Source: Azolla caroliniana (taxonomy: Eukaryota > Plantae > Polypodiophyta). From it: 64,000 nucleotides of DNA. Below are positions 26,717-38,396 of this stretch, piece after piece (position 1 is the first letter of the stretch; each line of letters starts with the position of its first letter). The stretch spans positions 14,260,001-14,324,000 of the forward strand of contig JBHGNT010000012.1 of the NCBI GenBank assembly GCA_043228905.1. Reading direction: 5' to 3'. The translations under genes were made by a program, and so were the position numbers. The notes under the pieces are model-generated. The model did not search any database and had not been told where the DNA came from. It saw only the letters and a program-made list of their open reading frames with translations.

Positions 26717-28486
26717 GTGGGCGAAAAACTATTGAGCTATGTTCGGGATGCAAAGACGTCGAAGGGTGCGTGGGAAAATCTGAAGAAGATTTTCGCTGCG
26801 AGCACCACAGCTAGGAAGCTTCAGCTCCGACAGGAGTTGAGCAACCTACGACAACGCGACTTGTCGGTGGCGGACTATACCTCGAAGATCAAGGATATCT
26901 ACGACTCCCTCGCCTCCATAGAGGTGAACATTGAGGACAGCGAGATGGTCCAGATTTGTCTCGGAGGTTTGGCATCGAAGTTCGGAGCGTTCCGAACGAC
27001 TGTGTGTACCCGGGAGAATACGCCGTCCTTTTTCGACTTACAGTCAATGCTCCTGGTAGAGGAGAACCACACGGGTGCGTCTACAAGCACGCACACCGAC
27101 AGTAGAATGTTGTACACAGAGGGAGATAGGCCCCGTGGACATGGAGGACGAGGCGAGTCGACACGCAATGGAGGCGGCCGACGAGATCAAGAAAGAAGGC
27201 ACCGAAGTGATGCCGACAGCAACTCCGGACCCTCCGGAAACAGGGGGAGTCGAAGCGATGAGAACCGGCAAGGGAAGGCCATCGCGGAGTGCTGGTACTG
27301 TGGCAAGAAAGGCCACAGGGAAAGTGAGTGCTGGAAGAAGCGCGCCGATTCAGAGAGAACCGGTTCCGGAAACGGCTCCGGACATACCGACAAGGGAAAT
27401 CGGTAGCAATCGCACTACGCCGAAGACTCCGAGAGAGCCGGAGAAGGGTCTGCCTTCGTGACGAGACACGAAGCAAACTCAATGAAACAAACCACCCTGA
27501 GATCGGACGAGGTGTGGTACGTAGACTCCGGCGCGTCAAACCACATGACAAGCCATAAGGAGTGGTTCTCGTACCTTGAAAAACCGATACAACCTGGAGT
27601 AGTCGCAACTGGAGACGACACTCCGCATCCGATCGCGAATGTCGGAGAAGTTCCCCTTAGCCATGCCGGGCAGAAAGGGAAACTCATGAACGTGTTGCAC
27701 ATTCCGACAATCACGAAGAACTTGGTCTCGGTCGGACAGATCGTCGACCAAGGGATGGAGGTTCGGTTTACACACCTCGGGTGCTTCATTGCAGAAGAAG
27801 GTCGTGTGATTGCGCAAGGGCGTAGAGATGGGAGGATGTTCATCCTCGACTCCACTGACGGTGGCACCGCAATGTTCGCGAAGGGACAAAAATCCGAGTC
27901 AGACATCGACTTGTGGCACAAGCGGATAGGCCACGTCAACTACCAGGGGCTTCAAGATCTGCAATCGAAACAGGTAGTGTTCGGATTGCCCAAATTTAGT
28001 GGCCGAAAGGCACAAATTTGTGAAGCCTGCCAGCTCGGGAAGCAACACCGACTTCCTTTCCCCAACGAGCGAAACCGGAGCCGGAACAAGCTCGACCTTA
28101 TACACTCCGATGTATGGGGGCTGACACAAAACGTTAGTCTTGGCGGGAGCCGATATTTCATCTCCTTCATCGACGACCACATGCGGCACACGTGGATCTA
28201 CCTCATTGAGAGGAAGAGCGAAGTTTTCGACTGTTTCCGGGACCTCAAAGGGTTCATGAAACGGAAACGGGACGAAAGATCAAGTGCCTGCGGTTGGATG
28301 GCGGGAAAGAGTACTTTTCCGGTCAATTCAACAGTTATCTACAACAAATGGGAATTCGGCGCGAATTCAGTTGTAGATACACGCCGGAGCAGAACGGCGT
28401 GGCCGAGAGGAAGAATCGGTCAGTTGTGGAAGCGGCACGGGCAATGCTGGAGGAGAAGAGCTTGCCCAAGTTCTACTGGGCCGAGG
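26717..28486 (+). pseudogene. Copia B gag (UBN2, CCHC), protease, GAG-pre-integrase, integrase N-part
   Basis: CWYCGKKGHRESEC; WYVDSGASNHM; LWHKRIGH, CEAC, IHSDVWG; TPEQNGVAERKNR; stop at 27404 and frameshift near 28260. Confidence 0.95.
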
Positions 28487-28975
28487 TGTTACCGGCTGGC
28501 AAAGGAGTCCAGAGTGGGAAACCGAGAGCTAATTAAGTAGTAGGAATGTGGTTGTAATTAAGCTATGAGTGTGGACGGACGGACTGGAAACGGTATGCCA
28601 TTCCGGATCCGGACCGATCCCGAACAGGTGCGGATGGCACCGTTTTGTAATACAGACCGGAAACCTATTTAAAGGCCCGGATACAATGTAATAGTTAGCG
28701 GTTAATTAATGAAAGCTTAAGCGTTGTTATCTCTCTGTGTTAATTGCCGTTCTGTCTTAATTGTTATATCTTACGTGTGTGTTATGAAAGACGATCATAA
28801 TAAGTAACTTAACCAAGTAGGATTAAGCGTTGAAGTCTAATCCGGTGGCCGTAACACCCTTTGGTGAAGTGTCTCCTGTAGACACCCTGTGTTAGGCCAT
28901 TGTCCGGCCCGAAGAGTTAACACAGTTTTTGGCGACCATGATTCCTGTTTTTGCAACGAACGACGGCACGGATGG

Positions 28976-31900
28976 ATGTCTAGATCAACGCACGACCTGG
29001 TTACAGATCGAACTCGACGCCTTGCCGAAAGGCAAAGGAGACGCAAGGCTTTCCAACAAGCGGCGCAGGAAATTAGAGCGGATCGCTCGTTTTCCAACGT
29101 AATCTGGAGAGTAGCGAAGGACTCCCTCTGGTTACAACAAACATCGCACCCGGACGACGGCAGCAGCCTAAGCAGCCTCCGGGAAACCGAATCCCTTCTC
29201 CACGCGTTGGCAAACGGAGAAGGCGAAGCAGAAGCCTTTTCAGCATATGAATCGGACTCCGAAGGGGAATACAACGTGCACACGAACTACCGTAGCAGCA
29301 ACGAAACCCCGGGCGGACCGGAGGACGAAGGATCAGATACTTTACCGACACCGGAACCGGAAGTGCTAACGCTGGAACCCCCGGAACCAGCAAAGGAAGA
29401 ACGACCTCCGACACCGGAAGTCAAAGAGGAGAGGCCTCCGTCACCAAAGGAAGAGGAAAAACAACCGACGCCGGAAACAAATCGGGAAAGACCACCGACG
29501 CCGGGGAAAATACTGGAACGAGCACCAACACTACCAGCCCGCGCACCGATACCGGACGACGACATGTCGTTCCAGTACTCCAAGTATAGAGATGATCCGG
29601 ACGCGGAAGCTCATGTGCACGCCTTTGAACAGACATGGGAAGCCAACCATGTGTCCCAGCGATTGACCCCGGAGGAAGAAGAAAGCTCTAAGATAGCGGA
29701 ATTTGGCGTAACATTGGAGGGACCGGCAGCAAGATGGCGCCGGACGCAGGACCCGTCTACCATCAACACCTTTGCAGATTTAAAAGCTAAATTCTTGCAT
29801 TTTTTTCAAAAGGAGGTGGACCAGACCGTAATGGTAGGCTTATTTTATACCATCCGGCAAGAGGCAGGGGAGAGCATTCCCCAATTTGTCATCCGGTTTC
29901 AACGGATGCATAGTCAGCTTGCCCGCGCACCTCCGGAAGAGGAATTACGGACTATATTCCTAAACGCGCTCCGGGAACCCCTACGTACGGTTTGCACGGT
30001 AATTGACTTCCGCACAAGTACCATCGACTAGGTCATTGACCGGGTGAGAGAGATGGAAAAGACAAGCTCCTGGCTCACACTGGGAGCACTTCAACGGGTG
30101 TTACCGTCTGATGAAGACCTCCGGTTTCGGCAAGCAATACAATGCACAACCTGCTTGAATTCCGGACACTCGGCTCTAGAATGCACTATGAGGACGCAAT
30201 GTGTAATCTGTCAATCCAAGAGCCATACGACGGATAGGTGCGAGTATAATCTGTTGAACCGGCAAGCACCGCCCGTCCGACAAATTGAGCCACGCAGCAG
30301 CCGGGATGAAGAAGACGAACGCTGGCGGCGAATGGACCGTGATCGACCGGCACAGGATGTCTGGTATGGCGATCGACGGGAAAATGATGTCCGGTACGGC
30401 GATCGGCGGGATAACTATGACCGGCATGATCGGTACCAGGATTACAATAGATGATACAAACATTACGACCGGGAGCACTCCCCCGGGTATCGTCAGCAAC
30501 GGGAGGAATACGGCAGATATAACGGGCAACCCCGTCAAGAGTACCATAATAAGAAGAGCTATAACAAAAAACGACATTTCAAAAAAGGCGGCTACCCCCG
30601 GGATCCGGAACAAGGAGCTCCAAGCAGCCAACCGGTACAAAACCCCGCACGTACCGCAGGACCTGCCCCGGGTACAACAGACAATGCCGAATCTAGCAAT
30701 ACCCGGAAGGCCTACTGCTACTACTGCCAACAGGAAGGCCATTATAGTAACCAATGCCCGGTGAAGAGCTATGAAAAACGACCGGCGGTAAATATGGTAG
30801 TCCTTGAGGTGGCAGATCTGCAGCAAGTGACCACAAGGTCGAAGGGCATGGCCAAAGAATGGGAGACACAGGAGACCATCCGGAAACAAGCAACGGAATG
30901 GGTAAAGAAAGCAAACGAGCAGAATGTCACAGACTTACAACGGCAAAAGGAGAACACCGCAAGGCTTGCCGGCGGTAATCACTCCAAGAACGAGACATGG
31001 CAGGCGTTGCAAGAATGCCAGATTACGTTACCACTAGGAAGACTCCTACAACTCGTGCCAAGATTCACGGAAGGACTGAAGACAGCCATGACGGCAGGAG
31101 AACCATCACCGGCACCGATACTCTTCTCGAATCCGGAGGAGGGACCAACGGTGGTGGATACCAGCAGTCCGGTAATCACTGCCATTGTAAAAGGGAAAGA
31201 ACTCCCCGGCACAGTTATAGATGGAGGCTCTGGGGTGAATGTAATAAGCCTCCGGACGTGTGATGACCTAGGAATCCACAAGTGGGAGCCGTGTCCGTTC
31301 TGGTTGCGGATGGCCGATACAAGCTCAGTGCGGCCGACAGGATTAATACGGAAATTAGAAGTCACCGTCGGCGGTCATACATTTCACATCTCGGCCGTAG
31401 TGCTACAATTACAGGCACAAGGCGCATACCCGCTATTGCTGGGGCGGCCATGGTTGAAAACGGCACATATCAAACAGAATTGGCGAAAAAATATAATTAC
31501 CTTCCGGCGAGGAAAAGCCAAGGTACGGGTACCAACACAGCCAAGGACGAGCACTGGCAAGGAATGTACACCGTTGTATGCGGAATGCGTCAACATGCTA
31601 GAAGGGTTAGCGGACGAAGAAGAAGCTCAATACCTGCAGGAAAACCCGAAGATCATACCCCTCTTCGAAATTGACATTACCGAAGCAGTAGCACCATACT
31701 TACCGCAACCGAAAGAGGCTGAAGCAGAACCGGATAAAGACGCAATCCGGGAGTTACGGCAAGTGCAGGAAGCGTTGGAACGGGAAATGGCCGTTTCACA
31801 GCGCGTGAAAGCGTCGCAACTAGAAGAGGTGAACCTAGGCACCACGGACGAAGCAAAACCGGTGCACATCGCCAAGGAGATGAAATCCGAAGACAAAACG

Positions 31901-34762
31901 GCGATGATCACACTTCTCACGGAATTCCGCGATGTGTTCTCTTGGTCATACGAAGACATGCGAGGACTCGACCCTCAGTTATACCAGCATCAAGTGCACT
32001 TGAGCAAGGACACAAAACCAGTGGCACAAAGACAGTACCGGATGAATCCCAATTATGCCGCCAAGGTCAAGGAGGAAATCGACAAACTGCTAAGAGTTGG
32101 CTTTATCCGTCCGGTAAAGAAAGCGACATGGCTGAGCCCGATCGTAGTCGTACCGAAGAAGAACGGAAAAATTCGAGTTTGCGTGGACTACCGAAAACTC
32201 AATGCGGCTACAGTAACGGATGCGTTTCCACTTCCATTCACAGATGGAGTGTTGGATGTCGTCGCCGGCCATGAGGTCTATAGCTTCCTAGATGGATTCA
32301 ACGGGTATAATCAGATCCGGATGCACCCCGACGACCAAGAGAAAACGGCATTCGTCACCGAATGGGGGGTGTTTGTGGCTATGGTGATGATGTTCGGTCT
32401 CAAAACGGCACCGACAACATTTTAACGAATCATCATGGAAATCTTTGGTGAATATATACCGGCTTTTATGCAGGTTTTCCTTGACGATTTCGCCGTCTAT
32501 AGCCGGGAGGAGGACCATTTTCAACACCTCCGTCTTTGTCTAGAAAAGTGTAGAGCGTACCGGCTAAGCTTGAATCCGGCAAAGTGTGTATTTGGCGTGT
32601 CCAGTGGAACCTTATTAGGACATATTGTGAGCCAGGAAGGTATTGCAGTCGACCCGGACAAAGTGAAAGCCATATTAGAAGCACCGGCGCCGGTAACGGC
32701 AAAGGCATTAAGCCGGTTCTTAGGCCAGATCCGGTGGCACAACCGGATGCTCCGATACTTGGCCGACCTGGCTACACCATTGCATGCCGCCGTACATCGG
32801 ACACCATTCCAGTGGACCGACACGGAGGATAGGGCGTATAGGGCCCTCAAGGTACTATTGTCGCAGGCACCGGTAGTGCAGCCTCCGGATTGGAGTAAAG
32901 AATTTCACGTGTTCGTGGACGCCTCTGACATCGCAATCAGAAGCGTACTAATGCAGCTTACGGAACCAAAGTGGTACCAGCCAGTGTACTATGCCAGCCG
33001 GAAGCTATCCCAAGCAGAACGGAACTACTCTACTACGGAACGGGAAGCTCTAGGGATGATCTACAGTGTGACAAAGTTTCAGCATTATTTATTGGGAAGG
33101 AAGTTTTCCTTCCATGTAGATCATTCGACACTCCTTTACCTGGTGTCCAAAGCGTCACTCACCGGCAAATTGGCCCAGTGGACCTTACTGTTACAGGAGT
33201 TCGAGTTTGAAATATTCCACCGACCCGGTATACAGCATGCCGTGGCGGATTACTTAAGCCGATTAGAGTCCGGAGAGACGGGTGACGGAGTAGCGAATGA
33301 GTTTCCGGATGTAGAGCTGTTTCGAGTCACTACGGAGACGGAAGCAGATGAGACGGTGGCACAGGAAGACAAATGGCTCACAAATATGCACCAGTTTCTG
33401 AGCACAGGACTGCCTCCGGAAGAGATGAACCGGGACGAACGAAAACGCCTGGCGGTGCAAAGCCGGCATTTCTGCTTACTACAAGACACATTGTACCACA
33501 AGGGCGCGAACGGCATATGGAGACGGGCGGTGCGCAGCGATGAAAAGGAACTGATACTGAGCGAAGCCCATTGTGGAGTGGCCGGAGGTCACTATGCCGG
33601 AGATGCGACGGCCAAAAAAATATGGCAAAGTGGCCTATGGTGGCCAACGACATTAAGAGATGCGGTACGGTACGCAAAAGAATGTGACCTATGCCAGAGA
33701 ATGGGCCAGCCAACGGAGCAGGCTCGTATGCCACACCAGCCGGTACTACCACTCGAGCCATTCCAAAAGTGGGGGCTGGACTTTGTAGGACCATTCAAGC
33801 CACCGGCAATGAGAACGGGTAATCGGTACGTTATCGTTGCTACGGATTACTGCACGAAATGGGTGGAGGCCAAAGCTTTACGGGATAACACCGCTGCGTC
33901 AACGGCAAAGTTTCTATATGAGTACATCTGGTGCCGTTACGGATGCCCCATTGAATTGATAAGTGACCAAGGGGGGCACTTTCTCGGACAAGTAGTGGAA
34001 AGCCTGACGACCTTCTATGCCGTTGTACACAAACGGAGCACACCTTACTATCCACAAGCGAACGGTTTAGCGGAATCAACAAAGAAGACGCTCCAGAATA
34101 TCCTCCGGAAGATCGTCAACGAAAACCGGACGTATTGGGACACAAAGCTACATAGCGCGCTTTGGGCATACCAGACGGCATACAAAACGAGCATCCGAAC
34201 AACACCGTTCCGGTTAGCGTTCGGACTAGAGGCGGTCATGCCGGTAGAATTCCAAGTACCTAGCTTACGGATCCAGCTATGGGAACGGCTAAACGAGAAG
34301 GAGTCGGAGGCAATAAGGTTGACAACGTTGTGTGAGCTCGAGGAACAACGACTGGCCAGCATCCTACATTTAGAATTGGAGCAACGGCGACAGAAAGCAT
34401 TTGTTGACCGGCACAGGAAAGGTAACGAAAAAATGTTCGCAATCGGCAAACCGGTGTTAGTATTCCAAACCCGGATGGGCAAGATGCCAGGTAAGCTACG
34501 GTTTAGATGGACCGGACCATATTGGCTAACACGGGAGTATAATGGGTCCTACCAATTAGGGACACTTGCCGGCGAAGTGCTAGGCAAATGGGTCAACGGA
34601 TTCCGGTTAAAGGCATATAGAGGACCGATGCCTAAGAACCCATTTGAGCGAAGGACCGACACTAGTGAGGGAAACGACAACCACCAAGACGGCAAAGAAG
34701 GCGAGCCGGTAACTAGGGAGAATGAGGCCGGTAAGGGTCCGAGAGGACCAACGGACAAGTGA
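28976..34762 (+). pseudogene. gag-pol: gypsy B gag-pol in a single frame with 3 premature stops (30029, 30452, 32423)
   Basis: ORFs 28889, 30044, 30761 and 32435 share a frame; three Zn-knuckle-like motifs, IDGGSGVN, VFLDDF, FVDASD, HHCC integrase, RWTGPY..VNGFRLK. Confidence 0.96.
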
Positions 34763-35139
34763 CGTCACACTAATAATAATAATAACTGGAAAAAAAAAAA
34801 AAAAAAACAATCATGCAAAAGCGAGGAATGAATGGATGAAAGAGCGAGGAGCGAAAAGGTACGTAGTGGGCATTTAAAGCGCCACCACAGGACATAATGC
34901 TATTTTAAGTACGCGACATGCACACACTCGAAAAAGGCGCCAGAATGCACAGACAAAAACCATTGCGCGTAGAGACCCTCTACTTTCGCGAACCTAGGAG
35001 CACAGAAGCACCAAGATGTTGCAAGATCATCAGACGAGAACCTGCGCACAGAGAACCCCCGCCTTCTGAACTCTCTCTTTCTACACCTTACTCTCATCAC
35101 CATCCAACCTCGCCACCGCCATCCGACCTCGACACAGAC

Positions 35140-37901
35140 ATGGACCCGCAAACGCTGTCGGAAGCCGCCAAGACATGGTTGAAGCAACACGGGCTCGAGG
35201 GCTTCTTGATGATGATGGAAGTACCGCCACACAAAGAAGCCGACAAAGTGATCAAGGAAATTGATACAGAGGTCATAACGGCAAAGACGATTCGAGCGTT
35301 AACAGGCCTTCCGGAGGGAGGCATACTCATGATCGACAATCCAACCCCGGAGCAACTCATCCGGTATTTTGGTGCAAGGGCTACCGGACACAGGGCAGCG
35401 GAGATATGTTGTTCCGCGAGATTGCTCGTGTGCTCCACGAATACGGCCACGTGTACCCTAGACCCCCTGTCATGCCGCAGAACCGGGCAAGGATGATCAT
35501 CGCCACCTATGAAGGGATCAAGGTGGATTGGCCGGTATTGATTGCAGACGAGTTGTGTGCGGCGATCGAGATTGTCAGAGGCAAAGACGGCAAAGAAGGC
35601 CGAGACGGACGGAGGATATGGCACGCCGTAACGCAGTGGCTCACCTTGCTTGTGCCACCCGTCCAGACCATCCAGCCCAAGAAGCGAGGAAGAGTGGAGG
35701 ACGGCACCCCAAGGATGGCTTCCAAACGGCAACAGTTGTTGGCCTCTAAGGCCACTAAGGGAAAGGCGGCAGACGCAGAACAGGCGGCAGCAGGAAACGG
35801 CAGCCGGAAGCACCCAACGGAGGTGCAGGAGGAACCACCAGCACGGCCCGTAAAGGTCACACTCCGCCGACCGGTGAATAGAGAAGCGGACCCCTTGGCG
35901 GCAAAACTCAATGTCGGAGCTCAGGAGGAGGAAATAGAGGAGGAGCCTACGGAGCACCTCCAGCGACGGTCGTCGGCAAGGACCGTTGAGGCAACCGGGA
36001 AACGTTCGGACCCTCAGACGGAGGGAACACCGGCTCCCCATACTAAGACTCCCACGCCAAGGAAGGAACCAGAACCGGTGCATATGGAACCGGAAACAGA
36101 AGCCCCGGCACCACCGGCAACACCGGCAAGTCCCATCCCGCAAGAGCCAGAAAGGTCAATGCAGCCTCCCTCGGTGAGCCAAGAAGAAGCGCAAGGGGAA
36201 CGAGGACAACAGGGTGGTCCACAGGCAGAAACGGAACTGCAACTCGGTGCAACCAGGCGGGACCACCCCTCTACAAGTGAGCACGTCTGTCAAACCTCCG
36301 TGCAAGCACAACAAGGCACCGGTAGCCTGTGGCTCCAGTGGATAGGCGAACAGATAGCCGGAGCAATGGGGTATATTGAGGCGGAAGAAAGAGCGCAAAG
36401 CGAACGGTTGCTCGTCACAACCAAACAACTAGAGACGGCCCAGTCCAGAATTCGGTGCCTTGAAAAAGACTTGGATCAGGTCACGACAGAGATGGCCAAA
36501 ATACGGATCCAATCACCGGTGACTCCGGTAAGTGTACAGAATAAAGAAACGGAACGACATGTACATAGCAATAAGACCCCGGCAACGGAAACCGTTCCGG
36601 CGAGAGATGCGGCGCAAGCTCAGGAGCTTGCGGAATTGAGAGATGAACTTGCCGCACAAGAAGCGCTAAGGAGCCGTGAACGAGAATTGAAGACGGCGGC
36701 CGAAGCCGAATTAAAGAAGACTGCTGAGAACCTCCGTCGGGCAGAGGAGAGCCTCCGGAAAGGCCATCAAGCGTACGACCGGCTAAAGGAGGAGAAAGAC
36801 AAAGTGCTGCAGGAGAAGGACAAGCTGCGGAAAACGGCGGAAACAGAGATTGAACGGCTAAAGGAAGAGCTCCGCCAGCAGAAGGACCGTGAGGACCGGG
36901 CCCGTCGTCAGATCAACGCAGGGCTCAAGCAAAAGACGGATGATTTTGAGCACCTGCACCGGGACTACAAACGGCTGGAAACGGAGCATAAAGAACGGAT
37001 GGCCGAGCTCCAGCAGGCAGTTGATCGGGCCGCGACGGCAATTGCCGACGAACGGGCAGAAAATACAAGACGCTTGGACGAGGCGGAGAAGGTCCAGATG
37101 GAACTCCAGAGGCAGCAGCAGGAAGACAAAGAGAGAGCATCAACAGTATTGCAGAAATTACAAAGCACATATCAAAGGCAATTGACGCATTACAAGGCGC
37201 AGGCGGAGGACAACGTCAAAATCATCAAACAACTAAAGGAGGAACGGCAAGCGGCGGAAACCAAATCGCAATTGGGAACGAGCCGGATTCAGTCCATCCT
37301 CCGGGCATGGTTGAATCAGACAAAACACTTGATTGATGAAAGCTCCGTAAAATGGTGGACAAAGTGAGCACAAAACGCGGCGGAACTCCAGTTGCTACGG
37401 GCGAATGTGGCAAACCAGCGGAAGGAAGGAGATGATTGTTATACGTTGACTTCCGAGGACTTCACCGCCATACGGGACGAGCTGGCCGACGACTTCCAAG
37501 TCCTGGCAAATGAACAGCTGGCGCAGGTCAGGCAGCTCGTAGCTCAGTTGGACGATGATAGGCTGGACGCTCAAATCCAATTTGAAAGCTACGAGCGGTC
37601 CCGGGTGCGGGAAGAAAAAGCACGGGAAGCGGCAACGGTTAACCTTAGTGATGAGGAACCGTCGCCGACTGAGGGCCAGCCGGGAACCAATCAACCGGAG
37701 ACCACTACGACGCAGGGAGCAATGACGGAGACGTCGGTGTCAGAGCCACAAACGGAGGAGCAGCCGCAGCAACCACCAACGAACCCGCCGCAGCAGACAG
37801 CAACAGAGCAGCAACAACAACAACAACAACAACAACCACTTCCAGATGAACCATTGGAGCCTCTCGAACAAAGCATTCTGGACATTTTGGACGAAGAATA
37901 G
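35140..37901 (+). CDS. gypsy B extra ORF3 (about 900 aa if two frameshifts are repaired): globular N-domain, Pro/Glu-rich linker, long coiled coil, poly-Q acidic tail
   Basis: ORFs 34918-35496, 35406-37367 and 37392-37901 chain together; homologous to element A ORF3. Confidence 0.8.
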
Positions 37902-37906
37902 CAAGG

Positions 37907-37953
37907 GTCGGTTGTGGATTCGACGTACAAGGTACTGTCCCACGGGCGTGCCA
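37907..37953 (+). other. tRNA-Arg 3'-half-like sequence ending in CCA in the PPT position (antisense PBS)
   Basis: GTTGTGGATTCGA-(13 nt)-GTCCCACGGGCGTGCCA, 2 nt before 3' LTR; no purine tract present. Confidence 0.7.
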
Positions 37954-38396
37954 TGTGTTACCGGCCGGCAAAGGAGTCCAGAGTGGGAAATGGAGAGCTA
38001 ATTAAGTAGTAGGAATGTGGTTGTAATTAAGCTATGAGTGTGGACGGACGGACCGGAAACGGTATGCCATTCCGGATCCGGACCGATCCCGAACAGGTGC
38101 GGATGGCACCGTTTTGTAATACAGACCGGAAACCTATTTAAAGGCCCGGATACAATGTAATAGTTAGCGGTTAATTAATGAAAGCTTAAGCGTTGTTATC
38201 TCTCTGTGTTAATTGCCGTTCTGTCTTAATTGTTATATCTTACGCGTGTGTTATGAAAGACGATCATAATAAGTAACTTAACCAAGTAGGATTAAGCATT
38301 GAAGTCTAATCTGGTGGCCGTAACACCCTTTGGTGAAGTGTCTCCTATAGACACCCTGTGTTAGGCCATTGTCCGGCCCGAAGAGTTAACACGAGG

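Larger units (their letters stand above)
28487..38391 (+). mobile_element. Complete Ty3/gypsy non-chromovirus element B with extra 3' ORF, nested in Copia integrase
   Basis: 436-bp LTRs 28487-28922 and 37956-38391 (about 8 differences by eye), TSD CGAGG; removing it restores Copia [16 protein letters not shown]. Confidence 0.97.

Noticed and set aside
35097-36143. 348-aa antisense ORF and similar long antisense or overlapping ORFs in the gypsy and Copia elements
   Set aside because: Shadow ORFs of GC-rich coding sequence; Cys/Arg/Leu-biased with no motifs and not shared between elements A and B.
28487-38391. Element B transcribed from the minus strand (because the better PBS is antisense)
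   Set aside because: All ORFs, the LTR TATA then poly(A)-signal order, and homolog A's sense PBS indicate plus-strand orientation.
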